From positions 90,001-122,000 of the forward strand of contig NZ_CP076228.1 in the NCBI RefSeq assembly GCF_021378375.1: a stretch of 32,000 nucleotides of DNA. The letters run 5' to 3'. The notes beneath the pieces are model-generated. The model was not told the origin of the DNA. It did no database searches and saw only the letters and a program-made list of their open reading frames with translations. Shown one piece after another: positions 1-10,700 of this stretch; the stretch's first letter is position 1, and each line of letters starts with the position of its first letter. The position numbers and the translations under genes are program-made. The DNA is from Wolbachia endosymbiont of Drosophila innubila. GTDB taxonomy: Bacteria > Pseudomonadota > Alphaproteobacteria > Rickettsiales > Anaplasmataceae.

Positions 1-193
1 CTGCATTATTGATTTCTTCTCGTGCATCTTGAATGCCATACACCTTATCATTAGCCACCCTATTGAGATATTTTAGCACCTCATCTAGCGATCCGTGTGT
101 TCTTAGTATACTAAAAAACTTTATTGGTCCTATGGTTCTAGCCAGGCTTAACCATACTTCTAATTCTTTGTTGTTCAATTTATTTATCTTCAT
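1..193 (-). CDS. dprA: DNA processing protein DprA/Smf, N-terminal part (runs off window edge)
   Basis: Reverse-strand translation from ATG at 193: MKINKLNNKELEVWLSLARTIGPIKFFSILRTHGSLDEVLKYLNRVANDKVYGIQDAREEINNA, typical DprA N-terminus; open to the window edge. Confidence 0.75.
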   Translation of the reverse strand, partial: MKINKLNNKELEVWLSLARTIGPIKFFSILRTHGSLDEVLKYLNRVANDKVYGIQDAREEINNA

Positions 194-254
194 AAAAAGC
201 TTGAATTTCTTATCAATTTAGTGTACCCAAGATAATGCAAATATACAGTGTTTT

Positions 255-629
255 ATGACGCATTTTGTTACAGATAAATGCATAAAATGTAAATATACAG
301 ACTGCGTGGAAGTATGTCCCGTTGACTGCTTCTATGAAGGCAAAAACATGCTCGTGATTAACCCAGATGAATGTATTGATTGCGGAGTGTGCATACCTGA
401 GTGTCCAGTAGATGCAATTGTAACTGATGATTCCATAAAAGATATTTTAGAACTAGATGAAGAGTTGCTGAGCAGCGAACAAAAAACTTTCAAGTTATTT
501 TACGATATAAATGTAGAATACTCACAAAAGTGGCCAAATATTACAGCTAAAAAACAACCCCTCTATACTGCAGAAGAGTATAAGGAAAAAAAGGATAAAA
601 CAGCTTATTTTGATGAAAATTTAGAATAA
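255..629 (+). CDS. fdxA: 7Fe/4Fe-4S ferredoxin family protein
   Basis: [18 protein letters not shown] and [14 protein letters not shown] cluster motifs followed by a FdxA-type C-terminal extension. Confidence 0.93.
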   Translation: MTHFVTDKCIKCKYTDCVEVCPVDCFYEGKNMLVINPDECIDCGVCIPECPVDAIVTDDSIKDILELDEELLSSEQKTFKLFYDINVEYSQKWPNITAKKQPLYTAEEYKEKKDKTAYFDENLE

Positions 630-822
630 TGCTACTGAAGGAAAAGAAACTTTTTGTATTTCAGGGTTGTTGTTTTTGGTTGCTGAAAATAGTTGCGTTA
701 TCTAAGTTGTTATGCTGATAAATTAGTATCGATTAATTTAAGGATTAAGGAAAAAGGCTTATTGACTTTTGAAATATTTGATTATAAAACTAGCTGTTAG
801 CATTAAATCTTGGGGGTAAGTT

Positions 823-1071
823 ATGAGTATAAATAAAAGAGAAACCATTAAAAAGATTGAAGGGTTACTTTTTCAAGCGAACGGTAATCTTGAAAAAGCA
901 TGTGATCTATTATCAACAGTAGAGTTAACCGAAGATGATATTAAAATATTGCTGGAAGAGATGATAAAAGAGTATCATAGCTTGTTTGAAAAGATTTCTT
1001 GGAGTTGTGGAATTACTGCAGGCAGTGCACAAGATGCCAACGCAAGCAGCTTCAACGAAGTTTTTAGCTAG
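823..1071 (+). CDS. hypothetical protein, 82 aa
   Basis: Complete ORF just upstream of another hypothetical ORF; no family recognised. Confidence 0.55.
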   Translation: MSINKRETIKKIEGLLFQANGNLEKACDLLSTVELTEDDIKILLEEMIKEYHSLFEKISWSCGITAGSAQDANASSFNEVFS

Positions 1072-1088
1072 GTTCAAAAGAGTTAGCA

Positions 1089-1607
1089 TTGGCAATGACG
1101 TCAGATCTCAGAAAGTCTTATGATCAAGAATTATTTAAGAAATATAAAAAAGAAGAAATGTCTTATCCTGAAGGAGAAGGAGTACAATTTATTAGAGAAT
1201 TGAGAGTTCTAAGTAGAATACTTACTATATCTTTAATAAGGAAACTTGATGAAGTTTACAAGTTTACTCCAGAAGAAATTGAGCGTTTGAAGGAATATAT
1301 GTTAGTTAGCAACTATGATATAAGCAAAAGTCTTTCTGATATAGACAAATATATGCATGCACTATCTGCCTTAATTAGAAACTCTTCACTTGATACAAAA
1401 AAGATATTTGAGCTAAATAATCGAATGATAATACACACTACAGCCTTAATTGATTTAGTAACTAGTGGAGTAGTGAAAAAAGAAGAAGCAAAAGAACAAT
1501 CTGCTGAGGATTTAGAAAAGCTTATCTGTGAACAGTATAAAGGTGCAGCAAACACGCCACTACCGTTGCAGAGCACGCTATTTGAAGTGGATAAAAAAAG
1601 TGCTTGA
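1089..1607 (+). CDS. hypothetical protein, 172 aa, helical
   Basis: Complete ORF with charged helical composition; no family recognised. Confidence 0.6.
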   Translation: MAMTSDLRKSYDQELFKKYKKEEMSYPEGEGVQFIRELRVLSRILTISLIRKLDEVYKFTPEEIERLKEYMLVSNYDISKSLSDIDKYMHALSALIRNSSLDTKKIFELNNRMIIHTTALIDLVTSGVVKKEEAKEQSAEDLEKLICEQYKGAANTPLPLQSTLFEVDKKSA

Positions 1608-1686
1608 AGAAAGTTTATAGTTAGCCAAAGTAGGTATTTAATAAGCTTAATGTAACCATTATGTATGCTATATAGCAAAACATAGA

Positions 1687-2640
1687 ATGCTTATGATTCC
1701 AACTATAGCAATTTTAAGTGGTGGATTTTCTTGTGAGAGAGAAATATCGCTTATGAGCGGAAAAGCAGTGAAGAAGGCGCTCGATAGCCTTTCATATAAT
1801 GCAATAGAAATAGATGTTGACAGCAATATTGCTGAAAAGCTTAAAAAAATTAATCCGGGCCTTGCTTTTATCGCTCTGCATGGACCTTATGGTGAAGATG
1901 GCTGCATTCAAGGTTTATTGGAAATCTTAGGTATAAAATATACACACTCAGGAGTTATGGCTTCTGCCGTTGCTATAAATAAAGTGATGTCAAAGCATAT
2001 ATTTCGATCCCTTAATATCGACACTCCAAAAGGTTATGTAATTAGCCGAGAAGATGTACTAAAAAATAATATTAAAATCGATTATCCGTACGTCTTAAAA
2101 CCAATTAATGAAGGTTCAAGTATTGGAGTGTACATAATTTTCTCGCACGAGGATTACTTAGAACTGAAAAATAATAGTTCTACTATAATGGAAAAGATGA
2201 TCGTAGAAGAATACATACCGGGCATAGAGTTACATACTGCTGTATTGCTGGATGAAGCAATTGGCACTATAGAAGTACGACCAAAAAATAAATTCTATGA
2301 TTATGAAGCAAAGTATACAGATGGATTTGCAGAACATATATTTCCTGCTAAAATTCCTGACAATATATATAAAATGACCTTGGAACACGCACTGAAAATA
2401 CATCAATTTTTAGGATGCAAAACTATTTCCCGCTCAGATTTCCGTTATAATCCCAAAAATAACACTTTAAAAATGCTTGAGATTAATACACATCCTGGCT
2501 TTACTGAGTTATCGTTAGTGCCAGAAATTGCAAAATTGGCAAAAGGAATCAATTTTAATGAATTAGTTAAAATTATTATTGAAGATAGTTTGCAGCACAA
2601 AAATATTAGGGATTTAAGTCATGTTGAGCAGTATTACTAG
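1687..2640 (+). CDS. ddl: D-alanine--D-alanine ligase
   Basis: GGFSCEREISLMSG, ALHGPYGEDGCIQG, KPINEGSSIGV and LEINTHPGFTELSLVP motifs. Confidence 0.96.
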   Translation: MLMIPTIAILSGGFSCEREISLMSGKAVKKALDSLSYNAIEIDVDSNIAEKLKKINPGLAFIALHGPYGEDGCIQGLLEILGIKYTHSGVMASAVAINKVMSKHIFRSLNIDTPKGYVISREDVLKNNIKIDYPYVLKPINEGSSIGVYIIFSHEDYLELKNNSSTIMEKMIVEEYIPGIELHTAVLLDEAIGTIEVRPKNKFYDYEAKYTDGFAEHIFPAKIPDNIYKMTLEHALKIHQFLGCKTISRSDFRYNPKNNTLKMLEINTHPGFTELSLVPEIAKLAKGINFNELVKIIIEDSLQHKNIRDLSHVEQYY

Positions 2641-3379
2641 AAGCCAAAGGAGTTTTTTGCGTAAGTGTGCCTTGGTTGTTATCACAGCACTTTTTCTTAC
2701 GCTAATACTTTACAGCTCACTTGATAAAATAATAAATCGATTTAATTACTACTTTACTTGGTACAATGACTGCCTATCTAGTTTATTACTCAGTAGTGGA
2801 TTTTCAATCGACGAAGTAGTCGTGAGCGGCAATAAATTTACAAACAAAAAGGATATTCTAAGTTTGACAGATAGAACGCAACCTATCCTGTATATATCAC
2901 TTTCAAAACTTGCCGGTAACATACAATCCGTAAGCAGATGGATAAAACACGTAAGAGTTCACAGAATTTTGCCCAATACTCTACACATTAATATAGATGA
3001 GCATAAACCGTTTGCTCTCTGGAAAGATAATAACAAAACCTCGGTAATTGATTTTGAAGGTAAAGTGATCGTAGATGACTATCTAGTAGATGATCTTGTT
3101 GTAATTACAGGACAAAACTCATTATCAAACCTAGAATTTGTTAAAGATGTGTTAGAGAGTAAAACTCAATTAAGTGACCACATTTCTTCTTTTGCTTATA
3201 TAGGGAATAGAAGATGGAATATCATACTTGATAACGATTCCACAGTAAAACTGCCTGAAGATAACCCTTATAGTGCATGGGACTATTTAAACCACTTACA
3301 CAATACAACTGATTTTACTTTCAGCGATTGGAGTATTATTGATATGCGTATTACTGATAAAATCTTTGTGAAGAGGTGA
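2621..3379 (+). CDS. ftsQ: cell division protein FtsQ (POTRA/FtsQ domain)
   Basis: N-terminal TM, 'VVVSGNKFTNKKDILSLTDRTQPILYISLSKLAGNIQSVSRWIKHVRVHRILPNTLHINIDEHKPFALWK'; overlaps the ddl 3' end, the usual ddl-ftsQ order. Confidence 0.93.
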   Translation: MLSSITRSQRSFLRKCALVVITALFLTLILYSSLDKIINRFNYYFTWYNDCLSSLLLSSGFSIDEVVVSGNKFTNKKDILSLTDRTQPILYISLSKLAGNIQSVSRWIKHVRVHRILPNTLHINIDEHKPFALWKDNNKTSVIDFEGKVIVDDYLVDDLVVITGQNSLSNLEFVKDVLESKTQLSDHISSFAYIGNRRWNIILDNDSTVKLPEDNPYSAWDYLNHLHNTTDFTFSDWSIIDMRITDKIFVKR

Positions 3380-3384
3380 TCTGC

Positions 3385-3667
3385 TGTAATCCAAGTAGCC
3401 CCTTTTCCTGTCATCCCAGTGCCCAGACACTGGAATCCCGCCGCGAACCGTCATACCGCGATTCATTCGCGGTATCTCTTAACATAGATCCCTTATTTAA
3501 CCGCCATACCTTAACATAGATCCCGCTAACACGTAGCGGGATGACGAGGTTATCGTCATGTCACCGCGAACCGTCATACCGTCACGAACCGTCATACCGC
3601 GATTCATTCGCGGTATCTCAGCCGCTAACAAGAGATCCCGCTAACACGTAGCGGGATGACGGTTGTC
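3385..3667. repeat. Cluster of dispersed intergenic palindromic repeats
   Basis: 'ccgtcataccgcgattcattcgcggtatctc' and 'gatcccgctaacacgtagcgggatgacg' each occur twice; related sequence at 19760-19870. Confidence 0.8.
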
Positions 3668-3670
3668 GTT

Positions 3671-3961
3671 TAGCTATAAATATTTAAGAAATTTACCAAA
3701 CGAAAAAAAAGGCAAAAGAAACCCCGTGGTTGGCTAATTACTTACATTATACTTTCAAGTATGGCGTTTTTTTATTCTAAACGCTTAATAACCGCGATTT
3801 AGCTGCTTTTTAATGCAACTAACCTTTAGTCATAAATGTTTAAGAAACTTACTAAACAGAAAAAAAGGCAAAAGAAACCCTAGGGTAGCTAGTTATTCAC
3901 TATCCATTTTTTAAGTTGGCGTTTTTTTATGTTTTAAATGCTTTATAAGCGCATTTTAGCT
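3671..3961. repeat. Two degenerate direct repeats, ~157-bp period
   Basis: Copy A from ~3671 'tagctataaatatttaagaaatttaccaaacgaaaaaaaaggcaaaagaaacc...ggcgttttttta'; copy B from ~3828 'tagtcataaatgtttaagaaacttactaaacagaaaaaaaggcaaaagaaacc...ggcgttttttta'. Confidence 0.8.
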
Positions 3962-4212
3962 TATATTAGGTAAAAACCTAGAAATTTTATAAAGACATAA
4001 GGTACACATAGTGCAAAAAATTAAACATGAGACGCCAGATACGTGAGTTTTTTTGTCATTTAATCTGTACAGAGAAGATAAATAAATAGCTTCAGTTTCA
4101 TGATAAGGGGGCTGGCGAGGTTTGTCAAGGAATTTTTATGCAAGAGATCTATTGAAATGCCCCTGTAAAATTATACTATTAATTAGTACACTATAAATTT
4201 AAAATTATAGAT

Positions 4213-5319
4213 ATGTTAAGCAAATTGGTAATTTTGCTATTAGTTTTTATACTTCCTTTTTCTTCATACTCATACCAGTTTAGAACCAAAGCAAAGCAAG
4301 CAGTAGTCTTAGATTTAGCTTCAGACTCATTCATTTTTGACCATAATTCTGATGAAAAAATGGCCCCATCTTCAATGAGCAAGCTAATGACTTTATATAT
4401 AGCCTTCGATTATCTAAAAGCTGGAATAATACACATGGAGGATAAATTTCGAGTAAGTAGAAAAGCGTGGGAAAGGAGAGGCTCTTCTATGTTTTTGAAA
4501 GAAGGTCAATCCGTTACGGTGAGGGAATTACTTGAAGGAATTACAATAGTCTCAGGCAATGATGCCTGCATAACACTAGCCGAGGGCATTGCAGGATCAG
4601 AAGAGAATTTTGTGGCTGAAATGAATGAAGTTGCACAAAATTTGAATCTGAATGACAGTCATTTTGTCAACTCAAGCGGGTGGCCAGATGAAGATCATTT
4701 TATGAACGCAAAAGACTTGGTAATGCTGGCAAAAAGGATTTTCACCGATTTTCCTGAATATTATGATTTATTTTCCGAACAATATTTGACATATAATGAA
4801 ATTGTACAAAAGAATAAAAATCTTCTACTTTTTCACGATATTGGGGTTGATGGCTTAAAAACCGGTTATACAAATGCTGGTGGTTACGGCATTGTAGCAT
4901 CTGCAAAACGAAATGATAGGAGAATTTTTGCTGTCGTAAATGGTTTAAACACTGAGAAAGAGCGAATAGAAGAAGCAAAAAGATTGATACAATACTCCTT
5001 AAATCATTTTAACACTAAGAAAATATTCGTTAAAGACAGCGTAGTTGAGGAAGTAAATGTTCTCTATGGAAAAGATAGAAAAGTGCCTATTACAGTTGCA
5101 AACGATGTTACCATAACTTACAACCGCAAATTGCATGACCAAATTAAGGTGCGTATTGAATATAAAGATATGATACCTGCACCCATTAAAAAAGGTCAAG
5201 AAGTGGGCAAAGTTTTTGTAGAAATACCAGGTATTGAGCAACAAACTACACCACTTTATGCAGCAAATGACGTGCAGGAATTGAATTTCGTAGAAAAGTT
5301 TTTTAGGATGTTGTTTTAA
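4213..5319 (+). CDS. dacA: D-alanyl-D-alanine carboxypeptidase (penicillin-binding protein 5/6, peptidase S11)
   Basis: Signal peptide, KQAVVLDLASDSFIFDHNSDEKMAPSSMSKLMT (SxxK), SGNDA and KTGYTNAGGYG motifs. Confidence 0.93.
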   Translation: MLSKLVILLLVFILPFSSYSYQFRTKAKQAVVLDLASDSFIFDHNSDEKMAPSSMSKLMTLYIAFDYLKAGIIHMEDKFRVSRKAWERRGSSMFLKEGQSVTVRELLEGITIVSGNDACITLAEGIAGSEENFVAEMNEVAQNLNLNDSHFVNSSGWPDEDHFMNAKDLVMLAKRIFTDFPEYYDLFSEQYLTYNEIVQKNKNLLLFHDIGVDGLKTGYTNAGGYGIVASAKRNDRRIFAVVNGLNTEKERIEEAKRLIQYSLNHFNTKKIFVKDSVVEEVNVLYGKDRKVPITVANDVTITYNRKLHDQIKVRIEYKDMIPAPIKKGQEVGKVFVEIPGIEQQTTPLYAANDVQELNFVEKFFRMLF

Positions 5320-5418
5320 GTTTGATATTAAAGCAATTCCGAAAGAGAGATCTATTGCACTTTAGTGTAGTTTTAACTAACAATTTCTGTTACAATACAA
5401 GATTGAAATGTTACGAAA

Positions 5419-5733
5419 ATGTGCTGGTTGTATTTGTTGCTGTCTAGTATCCTAGAGATACTGTGGGCTGTAACGCTAAAGTTTAGTAACAGTTTTACTA
5501 AAGTTGTGCCTTCGATTGCAACATTGGTAATTATGATCATTAGCATTTACTTTTTATCTCTTGCAGCATGCTTTCTACCTATTAGGGTATGCTATGCAGT
5601 TTCCTCTGGAATATGCACAATTGGAATAACTATAATTGGTGCAACCACTTTCACAGAGAATATTAATTTATCTCAAGTTTTATGTATCGTTTTAATTGTA
5701 ATAGGAAGCATAGGGCTAAAGCTCTCTATTTAA
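5419..5733 (+). CDS. SMR family transporter, subunit 1
   Basis: 'WLYLLLSSILEILWAVTLKFS' with conserved Glu in TM1, four predicted TMs, ~104 aa. Confidence 0.9.
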   Translation: MCWLYLLLSSILEILWAVTLKFSNSFTKVVPSIATLVIMIISIYFLSLAACFLPIRVCYAVSSGICTIGITIIGATTFTENINLSQVLCIVLIVIGSIGLKLSI

Positions 5734-5749
5734 ACCTAAAAATTTATGC

Positions 5750-6094
5750 ATGAATTGGATATATTTACTCTTATCGTCACTAATTGAAGTGTTCTGGGTC
5801 ATAACACTTAAGCATAGTTATGGATTTACTCATCTCGTACCATCAATAATTAGCATACTCTCCATGGCTCTTAGTACATATTTACTTTCGCTCGCTACAC
5901 GTTCTATACCTATCGGAGTATGCTATGCAATTTGGACTGGAGTGGGCGCTATAGGAGCTTCGATACTTGGAGTTTACCTATTTGATGAACCAGTTAATTT
6001 ATTCGAAGTAATATGCTTTATTTTAGTTACATTCGGGATTATAGGATTAAAATTGTTTGATACTGCAAAACAAACTGTTGATAAAATGGAATAA
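5750..6094 (+). CDS. SMR family transporter, subunit 2
   Basis: 'NWIYLLLSSLIEVFWVITLKHSYGFTHLVPSI...PIGVCYAIWTGVGAIGASILGVYLFDEPVN'; 16 bp downstream of the first SMR gene. Confidence 0.92.
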   Translation: MNWIYLLLSSLIEVFWVITLKHSYGFTHLVPSIISILSMALSTYLLSLATRSIPIGVCYAIWTGVGAIGASILGVYLFDEPVNLFEVICFILVTFGIIGLKLFDTAKQTVDKME

Positions 6095-6190
6095 AAGATC
6101 CCACTGGGATGAAAGAAGCAGATACTCCATATTGTCATGCAAATTGGAATCCAGACTTTTTTCTATATAGCATGGTGAAGACGGGAAACC

Positions 6191-7680
6191 GTAACCGTTC
6201 ACACAATGGCGTCAACTTAAGGAAAAATATCAGCGATAGTGTATAAAATTTCTCTCCAAATTTTTTATCATTAAATTATCCAAAGAGTGCAAGGGACAGC
6301 ACTTTTGTTTCTATTTTATTGCAACAAAAAAGTTTAAAATGTGTCTTTTTTAGGTGAGGCATGCAAAAAGGAAAAGATCTTATCTTACAAATTAAAAATG
6401 CAATATACTCGAAAACTTTTCAGAAAATCCATTGTGTTGAGTTTTACACGAACAAGAAAACTTCCTTTTTCGACAGTATTTTCTATGATTTTAAAGTTAG
6501 TTAAAAAAAGTTTGGGAATAGAATGTGAACTTATGGAGCCATTGACATGTACCCTCAAAGCAAGCTTTTTCTAAAGCAAGGTATAAGATTTGCCATACAG
6601 GCTTTTTCAAGAATTTAAGCATCCAAACAGCCTATCAGGATGAACCTGAGTTGGAGAGGCTATAGACTTATTGCAGCAGATGGTTCTGGTATGAGATTAC
6701 CCAGCTCTGGGGAAATTGTATCCGAGTTTGAACCAAATGGAACAACAGGCACCATTGGCAATTTGTTTGTTGATTTGTGTACTTCATTGATTTGCAGTGC
6801 TCGTCTTGCAGCTTGGAATATAGGTGAACAAACGTTGGCGGCAGAGCAATTACCCGAAGTTATCACTCAAATGCGTTTATTAAATCAAGAGAAATTATTA
6901 TTTATCTATGATCGTCTTCAGTAAAATTCATTCAGCAGCATTATAATTTGAAGTAGATTTTATTTTTCGCTTGCAAAAAGAAATTATAGTAAGCTATGGG
7001 AACGCTGGCGAATTAGATTTTGATTTTATATTAGAAAATGAAAAGCTAAAAATAAAATGAAAGGACAGAAAGTAAGAGTTATAGTGCTGACATTAGCCAA
7101 CTGAGAAACAGAGTTTTTGACCGAGACTTTGGAGCAAAGCTTATGTGTTAAGGTGGCACATAGAGGAGTGCTATAAACGACTCAAAGTAGGAGCAGAGTT
7201 AGAGAATTTTTCTGGAGAGGCTGTATTACAAGAATTTTGGGCAAACTTGGTCATGTGCAATATATTATCGCTTCATATGTGTGATGCACAAGGGCCTTGG
7301 AACCCAGATCAAATTACTGATACCAATTCCCACTGCACAATAAACGGATAGATAACAATGGAAAAAAAAGCCATACTATTGCCTTTCTTTCTCACTCCAC
7401 AATTAAATAACTCTACAATATCGCTTATTTGATTCACTAATAATGAGAATTGGTATGAGTATCGTTTAAATTTTTCAGTTTTATTTGGTGTAATGAGGCA
7501 GAAACTCTATCAGGTACTTATTGCGCCAAAAAACTTTCAAGCCCTTTTTAAGTATACGCGCTAAAGTTAAAATCCGACCGGGACAGCCGCAATAAAGTAG
7601 ATAAGCCTAAACGCCATCATGTCTTTAGGAGAGTTTGCTAATGAAAGTTCTTAAGTTGACGCCATTGGCTGAACGGATAC
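6191..7680 (+). mobile_element. Degenerate IS4-family-like insertion sequence with imperfect 31-bp TIRs
   Basis: Left TIR 6191-6221 gtaaccgttcacacaatggcgtcaacttaag; right TIR 7650-7680 is its reverse complement at 28/31 positions, with the inner 18 nt perfect; transposase fragments lie between them. Confidence 0.8.
6341..7351 (+). pseudogene. IS4-family-like transposase remnant
   Basis: Fragments 'RGYRLIAADGSGMRLPSSGEIVSEFEPN', 'VLTLAN*ETEFLTETL' and 'LRWHIEECYKRLKVGAELENFSG' resemble DDE transposase blocks, broken by frameshifts and a stop. Confidence 0.85.
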
Positions 7681-7782
7681 GATTTATTTCAGTGCATGAG
7701 CTGGTCCTTTTCGGGTTTTAGCGCTGTGTACATAACTGCACGAACGTCTAGTTTAGGGGTAAGAAAAATTAGGGCCCGCAAA

Positions 7783-10700
7783 TTAATCCAAACACATAAG
7801 TGTAGTGTTACCACCAAATGCTGTAGTGTTAACACTTACAACTTTTTCTGTAGAAAAACGCTGTAAATAATGAGGACCACCAGCTTTTGGCCCAGTGCCA
7901 GATAGTCCTCTACCACCAAATGGTTGTATCCCAACTGCTGCACCTATCTGGTTACGGTTGATGTAGACATTTCCAACTGATATTTTTTTACTTATAGTGT
8001 CAATTTGACTTTGTATACGACTCTGCAAAGAAAACGTAAGCCCATATCCAGTACTATTTATATCACTTATAACTTCATTTAATTGTGACTTGTTAAAACG
8101 TATGATATGTAAAATAGGACCAAATACTTCTTGCTTTAATTGCGAAATTTTTTGTATCTCATAAATATATGGAGGAAAGAAATAACCATTATGAGAATTT
8201 GTATCCATGGGTACTTTAAATAACAGATTTGAATCTTCGTCCTCTGACATTTTTTGCGTATGTTGAGTTAGCATATCGATAGATGCTTTGTCAATTATTG
8301 GACCAATATCAGTACTAAGTTGTATTGGGTCACCAATCTTGAGTTCTTGCGCTGCACCGCATATCATTTTTATCTGCTTCTCTGCTATGTCCTCTTGAAT
8401 AAACAGCACTCTAAGTGCAGAACAGCGTTGACCACTGCTACGAAACGCAGAAAGCAAAGCATCCATAGCCACTTGCTCTAAAAGAGCAGAGCTATCAACT
8501 ATCATAGCATTGAGCCCTCCTGTTTCAGCAATAAGTGGCACAATAGGACCATCCCTATTTGCAAGCATTTTATTGATTATTTGAGCAGTTTGTGTTGAGC
8601 CAGTAAAAGCTACTCCGGCAATTCTATTGTCTGGAACTAATATTTTGCCTAAATATCCACCATCCCCAGGAATGAGGTGTAACACATTCTTTGGTATCCC
8701 AGCTTCATGTAGTATCTTAACAGCTTCGTAGGCAATAATCGGCGTTTGCTCTGCCGGTTTTGCCAGCACTGCATTACCTGCTGCAAGTGCAGCTGAGACC
8801 TGCCCAATGAAGATAGCGAGCGGAAAATTCCACGGTGATATGCATAAGAAAACTCCTCTGCCTTCAAAAAAGATGAAGTTATCTTCACCTGTTGGGCCCG
8901 GCAATTTTTTCCAGTCGCTCAGTTCATTTTTTGCTATCATTGCATAATAACGCAGAAAGTCGATTGCCTCTCTTACTTCTGCTATTGCATCGGATAAAAT
9001 TTTTCCTGCTTCCACAATCAGAATGTAAATTAACTCTTTCATCCTTTCCTCAAGCAAATCTGCAGCTTTTTCAAGGCATTTAGCGCGCTCTTCTGCTGAA
9101 ACATTCTGCCACTTAGCAAAAGCACTGTGTGCTATTTCAAGAGCGTTTAAAGCTTGATCGCTTGTTGCACTTGACACTTCTCCAATTACATTTTCCAAAT
9201 GTGCAGGATTCACTACTTCGATAAATTCAGCATTATCAAATAGTGCTTTTCCATCAATTATTGGTCCAATTTGCCACTTTTTTTCACTAAAACCCTTTAT
9301 ATCATCTGCAAATTGTGAGACTATCACAGAATCACTAATATCCATCCCCAAGGAATTTTTTCTTTCTGGTCCCAAAATATCTTGTGGTAATGGAATGCCT
9401 GGATGAGGTTCATAATTAAAATTTATAGCTTTTTCCAGTGGATCTGAAATTAACTCATCGATTTTAACGTTAGGATCACTTATTTGATTAACAAACGAAC
9501 TATTAGCTCCATTTTCAAGAAGGCGTCTTATAAGATAAGGCAACAAGTCACTATGTTCCCCAACGGGTGCGTAGACACGACAGCTAACATTTGTTGCAAG
9601 CTCTGACATTGCATAATCATATAAGTCTTTTGCCATTCCATGTAAGCGTTGAAATTCAAATCCAGGGTGGTTTTTATCAGCAAGTTCCATGATAGAAGCA
9701 AAAGTATAGACGTTATGAGTTCCAAAGCATGGGTAAAAGCTGTTTGGTTTACTCAAAAGTTTCTGTGCGCACACGAAGTAAGATACGTCAGTATAGCTTT
9801 TTCTTGTAAATACTGAGTAATCATTTAATCCCAATTCTTGCGTACGCTTGATTTCTGAATCCCAATATGCACCTTTTACAAGCCTCACCATAATTTTGTG
9901 CTTTGATCGGATAGCAACATCTTCAACAAAGTCAAGAACAGATAAAGCGCGCTTTTGATATGCTTGCACAGCCAAGCCAAGCCCTTCCCACTCAGAAAGT
10001 GATTCATCAAGCCGTAATTGTTCAAACAAGATTAAGGACATTTCAAGCCTTTCTGTTTCTTCTGCATCTATGCATAATGAAATGTTGTATTTTTTTGCTT
10101 CATGACAAAGCTCTAGCAGTTTAGCTCTCAACTCTTCAGCTATATTATCGAATTGACCAAATTCATAACGTGGATGTAACGCAGACAATTTGATTGAAAC
10201 TCCATGCGATTTAAAACAATCATTTATTTCAGTGGATTCACCTATAGCTTTTATTGAGTGCATGTATGAATTAAAATACTCTTCTGCATCTTCAGCTGTG
10301 TGAGCAGTTTCGCCAAGCATATCAAAAGAGTATAAAAACTTACTATTGTCATCTAGTTTTGCATACCTTAAAGCTTCTTCTATGGTTTCTCCAACAACAA
10401 AATGATTACCAAGCATAGACATTGCTTGTTTTACTGCTTTGCGAATGATCGGTTCTCCTAAATTCTTAAGTAACTTAGAAATTGCGTAATAGAACTTCGA
10501 ATCGCCTTCATTATCTCTCAATATACTGCTACCTATCATCAAGCTCCATGTGGAAGCATTGACAAACAACGAAGAAGAGTGCCCTAAATATTTATTCCAT
10601 TCCTGATTGGCAATTTTATCTTTGATTATTTCGTCTATTGTATAATCATCTGGTATTCTAAGTAGTGATTCAGCAAGGCACATCAATGCTATTCCTTCAT

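Noticed and set aside
3385-3961. Possible CRISPR array because of repeated palindromes
   Set aside because: Repeats are not regularly spaced, no unique spacers of constant size and no cas genes nearby.
6098-6110. Short palindrome atcccactgggat considered as a regulatory site
   Set aside because: More simply a fragment of the common 'atcccagtg...cactgggat' repeat family just downstream of the second SMR gene.
8649-9725. Short ORFs within putA
   Set aside because: Out-of-frame shadows of the PutA coding sequence.
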